Shown: positions 11,641-24,828 of the stretch, one piece after another
Layout of the letters: each line of letters begins with the position of its first letter
How positions within the stretch are numbered: the stretch's first letter is position 1
Assembly (NCBI GenBank): GCA_951406725.2
Contig: OX597816.1
Location: forward strand, 52,700,001-52,764,000
Direction: 5' to 3'
Source: Octopus vulgaris
Taxonomy: Eukaryota
Length of the DNA: 64,000 nucleotides
Made by a program: the position numbers and the translations under genes
Notes under the pieces: generated by a model
What the model saw: only the letters and a program-made list of their open reading frames with translations
Told to the model about the DNA's origin: nothing
Database searches by the model: none

Positions 11641-12586
11641 TGCAGTGATGCTATCTTGGAAATCTCCAGCACGCATGCACAGAGTTGGAGTCTTCCAGGA
11701 GGCCTACCAGAAGTTCCCTTATGCGCATGCACAGAAAACTAGCAGCAGCGAAATTCCCTTGTATTGTTCTCTTGAATGCCAGCAGCTGAACAAGACATGT
11801 GTGTTTTATCAGCTCTCTCAAGCTGCTACCTTGTGACGTATCTCTGCTATGCTTGAATGGACAGGATTTGGCTCATGCCACTTGACTACTGCGATAAGCT
11901 CCTAGGCTGCCGATTCACCCGGAAAGAAGAAATGTATATATTGCAAATCAAGAAGTAAATATTTATACTGTGGTTGTATACTGTCAACTTAACGTGACAG
12001 TCCTGTATGGGAATTACACCACTCTGCCAGATCAGATTGGAGTCTGGTGTAGCCATCTGGTTTGCCAGACTTCAGTCAAATCGTCCAACCCATGCTAGCA
12101 TGGAAAGTGGGCATAAAACGAAGATGATGATGATGATCTTTGACACATTTTCTGTGTCCTTATATTTGTGAAGGGGAGGCAAGCACCCCCACCAGCCAAG
12201 ATTCACACCTAAGGACATGCATGTTTCTGGGTCTTCCCTTCACAAATATAAGGACACAGAAAATGTGTCAAAGTCAACAGGAAGCGTTCGATGCTTCCTA
12301 GGGCTAAACAGCGGTGGTGTAATTCCCATACGGGACTGTCACGTTAAGCTGGCAGTATACAACCACTCTATCGCTCCACCACTGCTCATGTCTCTTTGAG
12401 ACATTTAGAAATTTAATATTTTTAACATTTATACAGTTGAAGTTAATCAGAAGTCTTGACTCTTTCCTTCGATTAATAATTTTAATGTAAAGGATGCGAG
12501 CTGCACCCATCCAGTGTGGGGATCTCTCATCCTGTTACAATTGGTGACCCTGACATGATGGAGATTTCCAAGATGGCGTCACCACA
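11641..12586 (+). mobile_element. LTR + tRNA-Trp PBS + inverted copy of the LTR start
   Basis: TG start at 11641, gttaca end at 12539, PBS tggtgaccctgacatgat at 12542-12559 (16/18 match). 12560-12586 is the reverse complement of 11641-11667. Flanks are gatt and catt. Confidence 0.75.
11968..12424. repeat. Palindromic (fold-back) element, left arm interrupted by a family C SINE fragment (12024-12137)
   Basis: 11968-12022 pairs with 12312-12366 and 12138-12175 pairs with 12236-12273. Possible TSD atatttatac/acatttatac. Confidence 0.75.
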
Positions 12587-12686
12587 CATTGTAGAGTCAG
12601 TGTGAGAGGTTGGATGTGGTCAGTTTTAACATAAACAGATGGAATATTTGGGTCAGATATGGTCAGTTTAAATGCTAAGGGGTTAA

Positions 12687-12905
12687 CCTTTTTAATGCCA
12701 ACAGCCTGAGGATACCACTGGTTCTATGCTGAAATGTTTCACCATTAAAGTGATTCAAATTAAAATTTCCTATTAAAATTTCTCATTAATTCATGTTTGA
12801 GGTATCAGCTTAATAACAACATATTTATTTTATATATTTATTATTTTTTTAAAATTAATTGAAATAAAGAGGAGGTATTTCAGCAGGAATACTGTAACAA
12901 AAGGT
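12687..12905. mobile_element. Decayed piggyBac-like MITE of the same family as 63720
   Basis: Starts at the TTAA shared with the previous MITE, ends gtaacaaaagg, and its interior resembles 63720-63939. Confidence 0.6.
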
Positions 12906-13270
12906 TCAATCAGCCAAGAATAAGGATAGACTGGGATTTTGGATCCATTTAGGGAAATAAAAGAAAGTAAGAGACAATCTTAACAATATGATTTTCAACC
13001 AATATAGCTTCCATAAAGAATCATTTTCCAAAAATTTCCAGAAACTTCCGGTTATTAACAAATTCTTGTGCTTAGTTATTTCATGGAGAATAATTAAGGC
13101 TAAAGATTGGTTGAAAATATTGTAAAATGTTTCTAAAAAATAATGGAACTTTTGCTTGAAACAAAGTCTAGAATTAAATGCCTGTATTTTCTTTTTCAAT
13201 ATTATTCAGGAGCATCCATTAACAACTGATTAGAATCCATCAACAACTATTATTAATGAACCAGTTCTTT

Positions 13271-13830
13271 CATCATCATCATCATCTTCGTTTAATGCCC
13301 ACTTTCCATGCTAGCATGGGTTGGACGATTTGACTGAAGTCTGGTGAACCAGATAGCTACACCAGACTCCAATCTGATCTGGCAGAGTTTCTACAGCTGG
13401 ATGCTCTTCCTAATGCCAACCACTCCAAGAGAGTAGTGGGTGCTTTTACGTGCCACCGTCATGAGGGCCAGTCTGGCAGTACTGGCAACTGGTATTTTTT
13501 ACATGCCACCTGCACAGGAGTTAGTCCAGCGGCACTGGCAACAACCTCGCTCAAATGTTTTGTTCACGTGCCAGTAAGGCGACGCTGGTAACGATCACAT
13601 TCAAATGGTGCTTTTTACATGCCACCAGCATGGAAGCCAGACAGCTGCTCTGGCAGTGATCTCGATCGGATGGAGCAGTTAGCGCTCTACTGGCACTGGT
13701 GCCAGTCATCGAATTTTGTGCAATTTCAATTTCACTTGCCCCAAAAGGTCTTCGCAAGTAGAGTTTAGTGTCCAATGAAGGAAGGTTGGCATGGGTGCCA
13801 GTCGTCGAATTTGGTTCGATTTCAAATTCG
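13271..13830 (-). mobile_element. SINE family C with a (GAT)n tail and internal repeated modules
   Basis: catcatc...ttccatgctagcatgggttggacg...cttcctaatgccaaccactcc, with repeated ggtgcttttac(g/a)tgccacc modules. Confidence 0.8.
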
Positions 13831-16025
13831 ATTTTGTAATAAATTACATCTTGCTGTTGTTTAACTGCATGTCAGTCATAATTGAAGAGACTTATAATCA
13901 AAGGTAGTCTATCCATGACCACCCCATATTATAGTACATCTAAGAGTAGATTTTCTAATTTGTTTTTGCTTTTTAATGATAATAGGGTGTTATTTAGGGA
14001 AGATTTAGTTGATCGTCTAGCAAGTAAAGTGACCATGTAAAAATTCTCTCATAGGTCTTTGTTACATGCTGTATCAGACTCTGACCTTCACACCAACTCA
14101 CCATCATTTTATCCTTTAGTTAGGAGAGAAGAACATACTCAAGACTCTTTGGAAGCCCTTTAGGCCTGATGGAGGGTATACACAAGCCAGGGACCTAGCC
14201 CAAGAGCAACAGACTCTGCTAAAGGCACTCAATGTGCCAGATGGTGATGTTAAACTAGATGACTGATTAAATCTACCTTGCCAAATGTAAATAATATTTC
14301 TATGGGAAGGATGATTGAAATAAGATAATTTTTTGTCCTTACAAATTGCTATCTTAAAGGAACTAAAAATTGATACAGAATAAAGTTTGTGTATTTAGCA
14401 GCACTACCAATATCAATCAATAATTTAATTATCTGAATATATTTCATTTTCATATTTTAAAATTGAACAGATTTTTTTTTCCCAGAAATTATATAACTTA
14501 GACAAATTATATAATTTTTATAATTTTATTTCTATTATAAATCAATAAAATACTTTGGTATTCAATGTATAAGCAGGTCTGTTTGTGTGTGTGTGTGTGT
14601 GCATGCGTGCGCATGTGTGAATTTGTGTGTGTGTGTGTGTGTTTGTATGTGTATTTATCTGTTTATCTACATATCTGATTTGAGTTTATTCAGATGAGAT
14701 ATATTTTTAATTAATTTATCTTTATGAGTTTTACAATAAATTTGTCTTCAAAACATACATATATATATATTTTTTTGGAAAACAACAAGTATTTACCAAA
14801 ACAATGAAATATTCAAAATCAGTTTGCTTCGGTGCTAAGGGAGGAAAAATCCTTTAAATCAAAGCTATTTAATTCATTCTTCACAATGATTTCTCTCACT
14901 ATTGGTTGTCATAGATACTGTATATTGAAGACATTTTCTTTGCTTCTTCTTCAATTAAATGGCTACAGATATGAATACGCAATTAAGATATTAGCTTCAT
15001 AGCAAGATTGTTCAGGGTTCATTCACACTGTGTGGCACCTTCTGCCATAGTCTTGTGGGTAAAATTTGATTGATGGAAACTGCATGAAAGCTAACAGAAA
15101 GGATATCTCTGTTCTGAAGTCATCATTTAGCTAAACATCATAACTTAGTCCTTGGATGCTTGTAACAGAGTTTTCTCTGCTGCATACATTTGGACTAGGT
15201 CTCTAGTCTGAGGCTAACTACCCCCCCCACCACCACCACCACCAATGACAGAGGCCATGGAAAGAGTCATGGCCCCCTTGATTTCTCCTCTAAGCTATAA
15301 AAAACATAAACTGCTATAAAAATTTGTTTAAACTATTATTTAATATTTACTATGCAGACATGGCTATCTGGTTAAGAAGTCCACTTTCTAAACACACAGT
15401 ATCAAAGCCAGTCTCTCTAAACAGTATCCTATGCAAGTGTTTTCTGCTCAGGCCCTGGGTCAACAAAAGCTTTATGAAAGGACTGGGTAGAAGAAAACTG
15501 AAAGAAACCTGTGGTGTGTGTGTGTGTGTGTATATATATAGAGAGAGAGAGAGATGAGTGTGTTTATGTCTGTGTGAATGCACATGTGTGTATGTTTGCT
15601 TACATTCTTAAAAATCATTCAGCTATGAGCAGTTATGTAGCTGTCATTTTCTCTATCAAGAAGTCATCATCTGACTTTGCACCTTCAAAGATGTGTGGAA
15701 TAAAATGTCCATTACTAGCTAAACAGGTAAGGGCTGGTGAAAGGAAGGCTAGAGATAGGAAGACTAGTGATAGGAAGGCTAGGAATAGAGAAAGGCTGGC
15801 AACAAGAAATATATTATTGAAGTTGTGGACCAAGGCTTCAGTAATATATTTGCCTAGCACATGGGAAAACAGATGTAAAAATGAATTAGATATCCTGTTG
15901 TGCATCTTTGGTTATTTTCTGAGACAGCACACCACCAATATAAGCCAACAAAGAAATTAAGTCAATGAAGGAACCTCCAGCTAGTCATCCAATCTTCAAG
16001 AAATCACAACCAAATATCCCTCAAA

Positions 16026-16410
16026 TCTATATATATAAAGCTGAAGTTGTCTGTTTGTGGCAGGTTTGGTAGCCTTCAACTAAAACTATCTCCTCCAAGA
16101 CCCTGTGGTGCAAGTTGACCAAAATCGAGAGTATGATAGACGAAGGCTTGCTCTTCATTTCGTAGAAATTCAAATTGGACCATGTTAAGACCAAACATTA
16201 TTTACATCAAAAATGTGCTTTTTTTCTATGAAAAACCCTATTTTTTAAAGATATTTTGATTGCTGTGTCGCCATTTGTTGGTGTATTTCAGCCAGAAGAA
16301 TGTTCACTTAAAGAGAATAACAAGCTACATAATGCAAAATTTTTACTTTTCAAAAATTCCAATTCTAAAGGGTCAAAACAAACCTGAGCAACGCCGGGTG
16401 ATACTACTAG
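16026..16410 (+). mobile_element. Non-autonomous Helitron
   Basis: A|TCTATATATATAAAG ... CCTGAGCAACGCCGGGTGATACTACTAG|T. Confidence 0.85.
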
Positions 16411-17170
16411 TATAGAATAAAAGAAACATTTAGATGTGTTCATTATACATTATACCTGCAAAAATAGATGGGTTGCTCAAAGCCAGGATAGCATTTGATT
16501 AACAGCCTGTTTTATCAGAACAATTACTTTTACCAATATCTAACTACACCAAAACAAATCCAATTCAAACAAAACCAACATTTTAATGAGGTAAAAAATA
16601 AAAACATTAATTGGTGGAGAATTACTCAAACATATTTGTGTTAAATATTATTTTTCTGTACCTTTTTGTTTTAATTGTACATTTACTTATGCCACATGGC
16701 CTAATCTACTACTTCCTGAGTTAATATGATCAATCTGGAGCTTCCAGAAAATTACAAATCCATAATTAGTTTTAAGGATTTTATAGTTTCATAGTAAATT
16801 AAGTGTTAGCATACTTGATAAAAATAAATCTAAATAATTTTATTAATTAAAAGTATGTTATTTATGATAAAAACAAATCAGTCTGCAAATTACTAATAAT
16901 GGTACAAAAAATATAAATATATAAAAAGCAAGGGAGACAATCCTGAAATGAATTAAACATGGAATGAATTTAATCTTAGCAGCACAGGAACAATTTCAAA
17001 GATATTTAAGTTTCATCAGATCTCATCAACAAAGTATAGCCTAACTCCAACCACAAAATCTTAAAATGACTATGATATTCTAAATAAGACAATAAAATAC
17101 CACTGCTAAGTATTGTTAGTTATACCATCATTGAAAAACCCCACTCATCTAGAGCTTGTTATAGTGTATA

Positions 17171-17909
17171 CAGTAGTACCTCAGTTTTGAAACAACTCTG
17201 ATCATGAATAAATCATGCTTTATATATATATATGAAATAATGTACATTTAAACACAAGAGAAAACTGCCTTCAATAGGCAGTTTTTTACATGCTAGAAGA
17301 AGTAGTCAAAACGACCAAAACCACATTTAAGAGCAATCTTCAAAAGGAATGAAAAATAAAAACTTTTACCTTGTTATTTTATTCCGGTCAGACCTAGATT
17401 TCAAAATATTTTTAGTAAATGAAATAATTTTCAAGGTGAATTTCTCATCAGTGACCACACCACAACACTAACATATAATTAAGAGATGAATAATACGTGT
17501 CTCATTGTTATACATTATAATTTTTCAAATTCACCGCACAAGTGCAGTTTCAGTCAGCTGCCAACTGAAACTGCGCTTGCACAGTGAATTTGAAAATCTC
17601 ACTGATGAGAAATTCACCAAACAAATTATTTTATTTGCTAAAAAAATTATTAAACGTAGATCTGGCCAGAATAAAATAACAAGGTAAAAGTTTTTTTTCT
17701 TTTTCATTCCTTTTGAAGATTGCTCTTAAATGTGGTTTTGGTCGTTTTGACTACTTCTAGCATGTAAAAATTGCCTATTGAAGGTAGTTTTCTCTTGTGT
17801 TTAAACATACACTATTTTATATTGAGAATATGTTGTCTATTGACTTTTTATAGATGCTAGGCCACTGGTAGTGAAATTTCTAAAAAAAACTCACTACCCT
17901 ATATTTTAC

Positions 17910-17947
<38 letters not shown>

Positions 17948-18002
17948 TTATAAAGCATGATTCATTCGTGATCAGAAGTGTTCTTAAACCAAGGTACTAC
18001 TG
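17171..18002. mobile_element. Tigger/pogo-like MITE containing a nested palindrome
   Basis: TA|cagtagtacct ... aggtactactg|TA, with an imperfect TIR of about 50 bp. Confidence 0.8.
17231..17822. repeat. Long inverted repeat with arms of at least 170 bp, probably Penelope-derived
   Basis: 17231-17400 pairs with 17653-17822. The inner region has inverted cactgatgagaaattcacc copies and a further hairpin at about 17520-17597. Confidence 0.8.
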
Positions 18003-19045
18003 TATGTAGTTTCTAATTTTAGGCATAGGGACAGCAATTTTGAAGGCTGAGTTGGTTAGTAATACCAATGACTCACATTCTTCACTGATACAATATTTTC
18101 TTAGATCACAGAAGGATAAAAAAAAAGTGTTGACCTCAGGAAGATTTGAACTCAGAACCTTTATTACTGTTGTTGCTGCTGTTTTGCAACAGGTCAACCC
18201 TGATCATACAGATTTATAATCAAGGATGTTCCAGTTGTGGCCATCGCATTTTTTTAGACATAGTTTATCTCATTTCATATATTTCCCCAAGAGAAAGTAG
18301 TGGGTGTGATTTGAGAGAGCTTTGACTTCTATTTCAAACAGATCAACCAAATACATAGCAACCAAAATAATGAGAGAGGAGGAGGACCTATTGCCCTCCA
18401 CTCAGCCACCCATTCCTAATTACAAAATAAACAAGCAAACAAAAAACAAGCACACAAACAAAAGATATTTGTAAATTTTATATAATAATTAAAAATCATT
18501 AGTTTAAATATAATTTGGAAAGTAACCTTTATCCAGTATTAGTACTAGAAGTGATTCAAGTCTCAGTAGAAGAGGACTGGCTTTAAGCATGACTAAATGT
18601 GACAGCTAAAGTGAAGCAACTCATCTAGTATTAATTCAATAATTCACCATTTTGCACAAATCACAGGCACATTGAAGTTATTTTGGTGTACAGAGTTGTT
18701 TTTCAATCTCAATATAAATTTTGATTGTGAAATATTTTGTTTTAATTATATTATTACATATAAATTTTATTATGTTATGCAATTTATGTACTATGGTTTG
18801 GTATTCCAATCTCAATTAAAGTTTTATTTTTCATACTACCCTGAGCTAGCATGGAAATAAAAATGATGATGATGATGATGATGATGACGACAACAATGAC
18901 GATGATGCCGATGAGGAAGGAAGGAAATAGAAGCATTAAAATAATATTTCACATGGCTTTCTGACTAAAGGAATGCCATTGGTTATCTATAAATATACAT
19001 ATATATATATTTGCACATGCACAAACTGACATACATGCATACACA

Positions 19046-19565
19046 TACTCTTTTACTTGTTTCAGTCATTTGACTGCAGTCATGCTGGAGCACCTCCTTT
19101 AGTAAAGCAAATCGACCCCAGGACTTAATCTTTGTAAGCCAAGTATTTATTCTATCGGTCGCTTTTGCCAATCCGCTAATTTACAGGGACGTAAACACAC
19201 TGGCATCGGTTGTTAAGTGATGTTGGGAGGACAAACACAGACACACACACACATATACATACATACGACGGGCTTCTTTCAGTTTCCATCTACCAAATCC
19301 ACTCCCAAGGCTTTGGTTGGCCCAAGGCAATAGTAGCCTTAGTTGGGTACAGCAGTTTAATGGCAACAGAGACATACAAACACACATATATATACATATA
19401 TATGACGGGCTTCTTTCAGTTTCCATCTACCAAATCCACTCACAAGGCTTTGGTTGGCCTGGGGCTATAGTAGAAGACACTTGCCCAAGGTGCCACACAG
19501 TGGGACTGAACCTGGAACCATGTGGTTGGTAAGCAAGCTACTTACCACGCAGCCACTCCTACGCC
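19046..19565 (-). mobile_element. SINE family A with an internal partial duplication
   Basis: Reverse complement of family A. The block gacgggcttctttcag...atagtag is present twice. Confidence 0.88.
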
Positions 19566-19719
19566 TATCTCTTGCCTCTTGTTCAGTATCTCAAAAGATT
19601 GCATAAATATATTATATTATTCAGTAAGGTACAATTGGTATTTCTTCATTATTTTCATAAAAAGATCTGCGGATTCAATACTAGACCAAAATATTTTGAT
19701 ATTGTTGATTCCTTTCTCA

Positions 19720-20095
19720 TTCTCATTCCAGATATCGTGGCACTCCATTGGTTATGACAGTGAGTGTTCCAGTTGATTTGATCAACGGAACAGCCTGCTC
19801 ATGAAATTAACAGACATGTGTACCCTTAACGTAATTCTCAGGGATATACAGCATGACAAAAAGTGTGACAAGGCTGGCCCTTTGAAATACAGGTACAACA
19901 GAAACATGAAGTAAGAGTGAGAGAAAGTTGTGGCGAAAGAGTACAACAGGGTTCACCACCACCCCCTGCCAGATACTCGTGGAGCTTTAAGTGTTTTCAC
20001 TCAATAAACACTCACAATGCCCAGTCTGGGAATCAAAACTGCGATCCTATGACCACGAATGTGCTGCTCTAACCACTGGGCCATTGCACCTCCAT
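19720..20095 (-). mobile_element. SINE family D (second tRNA-like head)
   Basis: Reverse-complement head tggaggtgcaatggcccagtggttagagcagc...gattcccagac, shared with 32841 and 33560. Confidence 0.8.
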
Positions 20096-20096
20096 G

Positions 20097-21000
20097 TTCC
20101 AGATATAGTGAGACAGACAAGTGGAAATTTTTTTTTCGGGTGAATCTGAAGCACTTGTGTGCCTAACCTTTAATGCTTTTTGTGATGTTCTCCCCATCCC
20201 ATCCAACTTGTTCTGCTGGGGTAAGTTGGAGTCACCATCTTGTCCCCTGTACTCAACAAGAGGAGCCCTGAAGCATATCTGCAATAGCTGTCCAAAAGCC
20301 ATGGGAGAGGGATGTCACCACTGGATGCATCAAAGGTGGGATTAGTCATTACAAGCATCTTTGCCCACGTTCATCATCTTTGTCAAAGCTAATAAGAAGA
20401 TGCCTGCTGCTAGGTTTGCCCCTTGGCACTGCTTATAAAAGTAAAAAACCAAGAGCTGAAAGCTAACCGAGCAAATCATTTGAGACTCCCTGAAACGGTT
20501 TCCTCAGCATCACTAAGGCTGAATATGGTGCTCATTTCAGAAGAATCCAAGATGATGGTGCTGTTGGAACTTTCCATTCCCTGGGAAGACAGCATTAAGA
20601 AGGCTAATGAGAGCAAGTGGAGTAAATAAGCTGAGCTAATGGAATAATGCCAAAGGAATGAGTGGCTAGCAAGGGATGGAATACAGAGGGTTTGCAAGCC
20701 AGGTCCTCTACAGAGCTTACAGCATACTTGGTATTACAGGGACCAATAGGCATAAGACCATAATGTTGGCTTTTGAAGGATCAGAAACTGCTTGAAGATG
20801 GTTGTATCCCATTAATACTACATCTGGTAGCACTGCCTCATGGAGGTGGTAGGGGCTGTGTTACCAGGGGTAGTGCTGATGCAAACTAGGGATTGATTGA
20901 CTTGGCTGGTTCAATCAGGTGAGGGTGTCTAATGTTGAAGACCCAAAACACCTGACAACACAACGAAACATCATTAATGATGTGTCTATGTGCATCACAG
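20097..21000 (+). mobile_element. Decayed RLE-type LINE 3' end (HERO/NeSL-like)
   Basis: DVLPIPSNLFCWGKLESPSCPL...LKHICNSCPKAMGEG zinc knuckle, then LRLNMVLISEESKMMVLLELSIPWED (restriction-like endonuclease, RPD...ELTVPWE motif). Confidence 0.8.
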
Positions 21001-21209
21001 AATGATGTATGGAAAAAAAAGTGAGCTTGATAAAGTTTACTTCATTATCATCGTCTACCTATGATATCTTGACTCCATAAGCTAGAGTCTTCATTAGGGA
21101 CTTATATCTGTTTAGCATTATTGAAGCAGCATTCAGTTAGAAAGTTTGGCTCTTCATTATACTTGTTGCAGTCTTTGTAGCTTCATATATATACATATAA
21201 ATACATATA

Positions 21210-21480
21210 AATTGCCTTTGAAACACGAAGTAGATGAAACAGGGACAACTGATGAAGGGGAATTTTCATTATGTTGCATGTATCATTTCTCTGTTTGATT
21301 TTTCCGTTGTTCGAAAAAAATTCGTTTTCTATATATTTGTTTTTATGTTTTCATTTCTCATTGTGTTCAATGCTTTTTTGATGTCCTGTACCCATATATG
21401 CATGTATATATGGCTATATATGTAGATATGTACATATATGTATGTATATATGCATACATTTATATATTATTTATATTATA
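21210..21480 (+). repeat. Single arm of the palindrome family at 25100-25600
   Basis: gtagatgaaacagggacaactgatgaagggg...gtacccatat matches 25349-25600. Confidence 0.75.
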
Positions 21481-21490
21481 TATATATACA

Positions 21491-21574
<84 letters not shown>

Positions 21575-22680
21575 GCATGCAGGTATATATACATACATAA
21601 ATACATACACACACACTACCAGTTTGATGTTATGCTATTCACCAGGTTAGTGTTATATTATATAGCAGTTTGGTGGTATACTATTCACTAGATTGCAAAC
21701 TGTTCATTTTTGAGTTATGAAATGTATCTATAAATGTGTTTATAAATTATATTCATACACACTTATCTACCCTAGCAGGTTCTAAAGAAAGAAAACTAAA
21801 GCCAACGGCTTTCAAAGACCTTCATAAAAGGCATTGCATGGAATACGGATGGATGTCATTCCTATCATCAATGACTTTACAACATCAGCCAGTACAGTTC
21901 ATCATATTGACAGCAATGAAATAATTGTCCATATAGGAAAATATAGTCATGTTTACTCTCTATCAGCTTTTATTCAGAGTTACTGCTCTCCTAGGCAGGT
22001 TGCCTGCATGCAACTTGTGTAATGCTAAAATGCTCATCTTTTCCATTCATTCTAAATATTATATCGTCATGAATGTGGATATAAGTAGGGTGGTTGGGCA
22101 TGTGTGGATGTATGTGTGTGGGCTTTGTAATTTTTGTTTTAATAATATTGTTTTCTTATTGCATAAAGCCATTCCAGTTTAAAGGTAAATTAATCCATAG
22201 AGATAAAATTCAAAGTAGTGAATATTTTTTTTGAAAAGCATTCAGAGCTTATTGACTGGAAGTAAAGTTACCAAAAGAACGAGTTCTCTGAAACAGAGCT
22301 GAAAGTTAGCTTTCTTACTTTAAGTTGACTAAGCATAATTTTAAATATAGTTTGGTTTCTTTTTGTTTTCTACAAAGGTCAACAAGCTTGGTCATGTATG
22401 AGATTTACATCTTGTTTGACTAGTCGACACCTAGAGACAGTTTCTGTCATAACAACATGAACATAAATAATGTGTCTAGAAGCAGTCAGTTCCTACAAGC
22501 TGGGAATAATTTATTTATATTTTGCAGATTGTTTATCTCTAGTCAATACCTGCAAGCCGTGAGCGTGTGTCTCTCTCTTCCTATAAATATTTATTTAAAT
22601 GTTACAAATAAACTGATAATATTCTATCAAAATACTGTTCCAGTATTCTGTTGTCTACAAATTCTAGGTAGTTACCATAA

Positions 22681-22916
22681 TTCTTATTTCATTATTGTCC
22701 ACAAGGGGCTAAACATAAAGGGGACAAACAAGGACAGACAAAGGGATTAAGTCGATTACATCAACCCCAGTGCGTAAATGGTACTTAATTTATCGACCCC
22801 GAAAGGATGAAAGGCAAAGTTGAGTTCGGCGGAATTTGAACTCAGAACATAATGGCAGACGAAATACTGCTAAGCATTTCATCCGGTGTGCTAATGTTTC
22901 TGCCAGCTCGCTGCCT
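22681..22916 (-). mobile_element. SINE family B with a 20-bp TSD
   Basis: tctacaaattctaggtagtt occurs on both sides. Confidence 0.9.
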
Positions 22917-23671
22917 TCTACAAATTCTAGGTAGTTTCTTTACAGTGTACATTCTACAGAAGCCTTGACACGATATAACTTAATAGGATCAAGAATTTTA
23001 ATAATAATAACTTCCTAATTTAGGTGCATGGTCTGAAATATGACAGGAGGTGATTGAAATTTTTGAAATTTCCGAGGAGTGAAGCAAACTCTCTAAGTAA
23101 AACTTGTTTAGACTATAGTGTAATATGACAGCTCTTACTAAATGGAGAAGAAATATTCTTCAAATTGATAACTATCTGATACCTTCTCCTAGGATCTAAA
23201 GTATAGTAATCTTTGAAATCATGCATTGCAAATGAAGATCTGTAAGACTAATTCTAATCACATGTAATTAATAAATTATGAATCACGAAAAATTAAGTAA
23301 ATAAAAATTCTAAACATGAAAGAAATAATCTATTTCATTATTACAAAGTTAGTAATCACCAAACCCCAAAATAGTGACAGGTAGTTCAACTTATGGAGCT
23401 GAAATATATAGAGTCTGTCTATCCACCTAACCATTTACTTGTCTATCCATTCATCCATCCAACCCTCCATCTACTCATCCAACAACCCTAATCATTCATT
23501 CATCCATCCATCCATCCATCTATCCATTCTTTCATCTGTAGCAACCATCAACCATCATGCAACTATGTGAAGTTTTAGTTATTCAATGTTTTTCATTTTT
23601 ACTGGACCCTTGAGAGAGCACTGTCTATATAAGCAGAGTTCAAAGGTCTCTGCCTCCCTATGTCTGTCTGC

Positions 23672-23765
23672 CTCTCTCTCTCTCTCTCTCTCTCTCCCAC
23701 TCTCTCCCTATATATATATGTGTGTGTGTGTGTATACATATGCATGTGTATATATGTATGTATGT

Positions 23766-23807
<42 letters not shown>

Positions 23808-24011
23808 TTGTATACAAACACGCACATATGTATATACATATACATGCATATATGCATACATACATATACATATATACATATATATATATATTTATATATA
23901 TATACACATACATACACACATATATATATACATAGATATATACATATACATATATATATATATATACATACATACATATATATACATATATATACATACA
24001 TATACATATAT

Positions 24012-24043
<32 letters not shown>

Positions 24044-24054
24044 ATATATGTATG

Positions 24055-24109
<55 letters not shown>

Positions 24110-24110
24110 G
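23672..24110. repeat. Compound microsatellite (CT)n/(TG)n/(TA)n/(TACA)n
   Basis: Direct inspection. It produces several spurious ORFs in the track. Confidence 0.95.
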
Positions 24111-24828
24111 CAAAAATCTTAGCCAGAGTGCCAGAGCAGAATTGGTCATCATCTGCTCTTCTTTCAGCTCATCTTAACACAAGATATGTTTTATCCAAAT
24201 GAGACATTCATATGTAATATCTCATTCCCTCCATGTTATAAACCAAATTGGCTGGTTTCTATTCTTTTATCTCGGCAATGTTTTCTTTTCAAAATTCACA
24301 TCTAACAGGAAAAAAAAAAAACAAAAAAAACAAACAAAACTTTACTTCAAGAAGGCACATAACCATTTCAACAGCATATTTTATCTCAATTGATGGTCTT
24401 TTACGAACGTTATAATTGAAAATTGCTGTTTTTCTCTGTATGAATTACTGTCTCATTCAAGCTTATACTTTATGAACATTTTGGAGGTAAACACATGTTG
24501 CTTAAACACATTATCATGCTACTTTGACTAAATGAGATCTACCACTGGGTAATAAGCAGAAAAATAAAAGAGAATGTGTGTGTCTGTGTGTTTGCGTGTA
24601 TGTGTAACTATTTGCAGAATCCAATAGAATCTAGGTATTTTAATAAGGACAAAAAAGTAGAGTCAAGGACAGCATGCCCACATACCAACAGCGTGTGAGG
24701 ACACTCTTACATGATGTAATTGATTTGTTCATCAATAAAAAAAATCATCTGAAACAGCTGTAGTGAACCTTGGCCCATATATCTATATCTATCTATCTAT
24801 CTATCTATCTATATATATATATGTTGAT

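Larger units (their letters stand above)
11514..12682. mobile_element. piggyBac-like MITE split by nested insertions
   Basis: TTAA|ccctttagca ... tgctaagggg|TTAA. Confidence 0.75.

Noticed and set aside
13430-13630. Regularly spaced ggtgcttttacgtgccacc repeats resembling a CRISPR array
   Set aside because: They are degenerate internal modules of SINE C in eukaryotic DNA, with no cas genes.
15730-15800. R/K-rich ORF segment
   Set aside because: Short decayed tandem repeat of about 15 bp inside an old SINE-like element.
21215-21260. Possible permuted hammerhead (GAAAC...GTA...CTGATGA)
   Set aside because: Helix I does not pair convincingly. Kept only as weak support for the palindrome-family finding.
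23586-24177. Long ORFs of 130-178 aa rich in Y/I/H/T/C/V
   Set aside because: They are translations of TA/CA microsatellites, which lack stops by composition.
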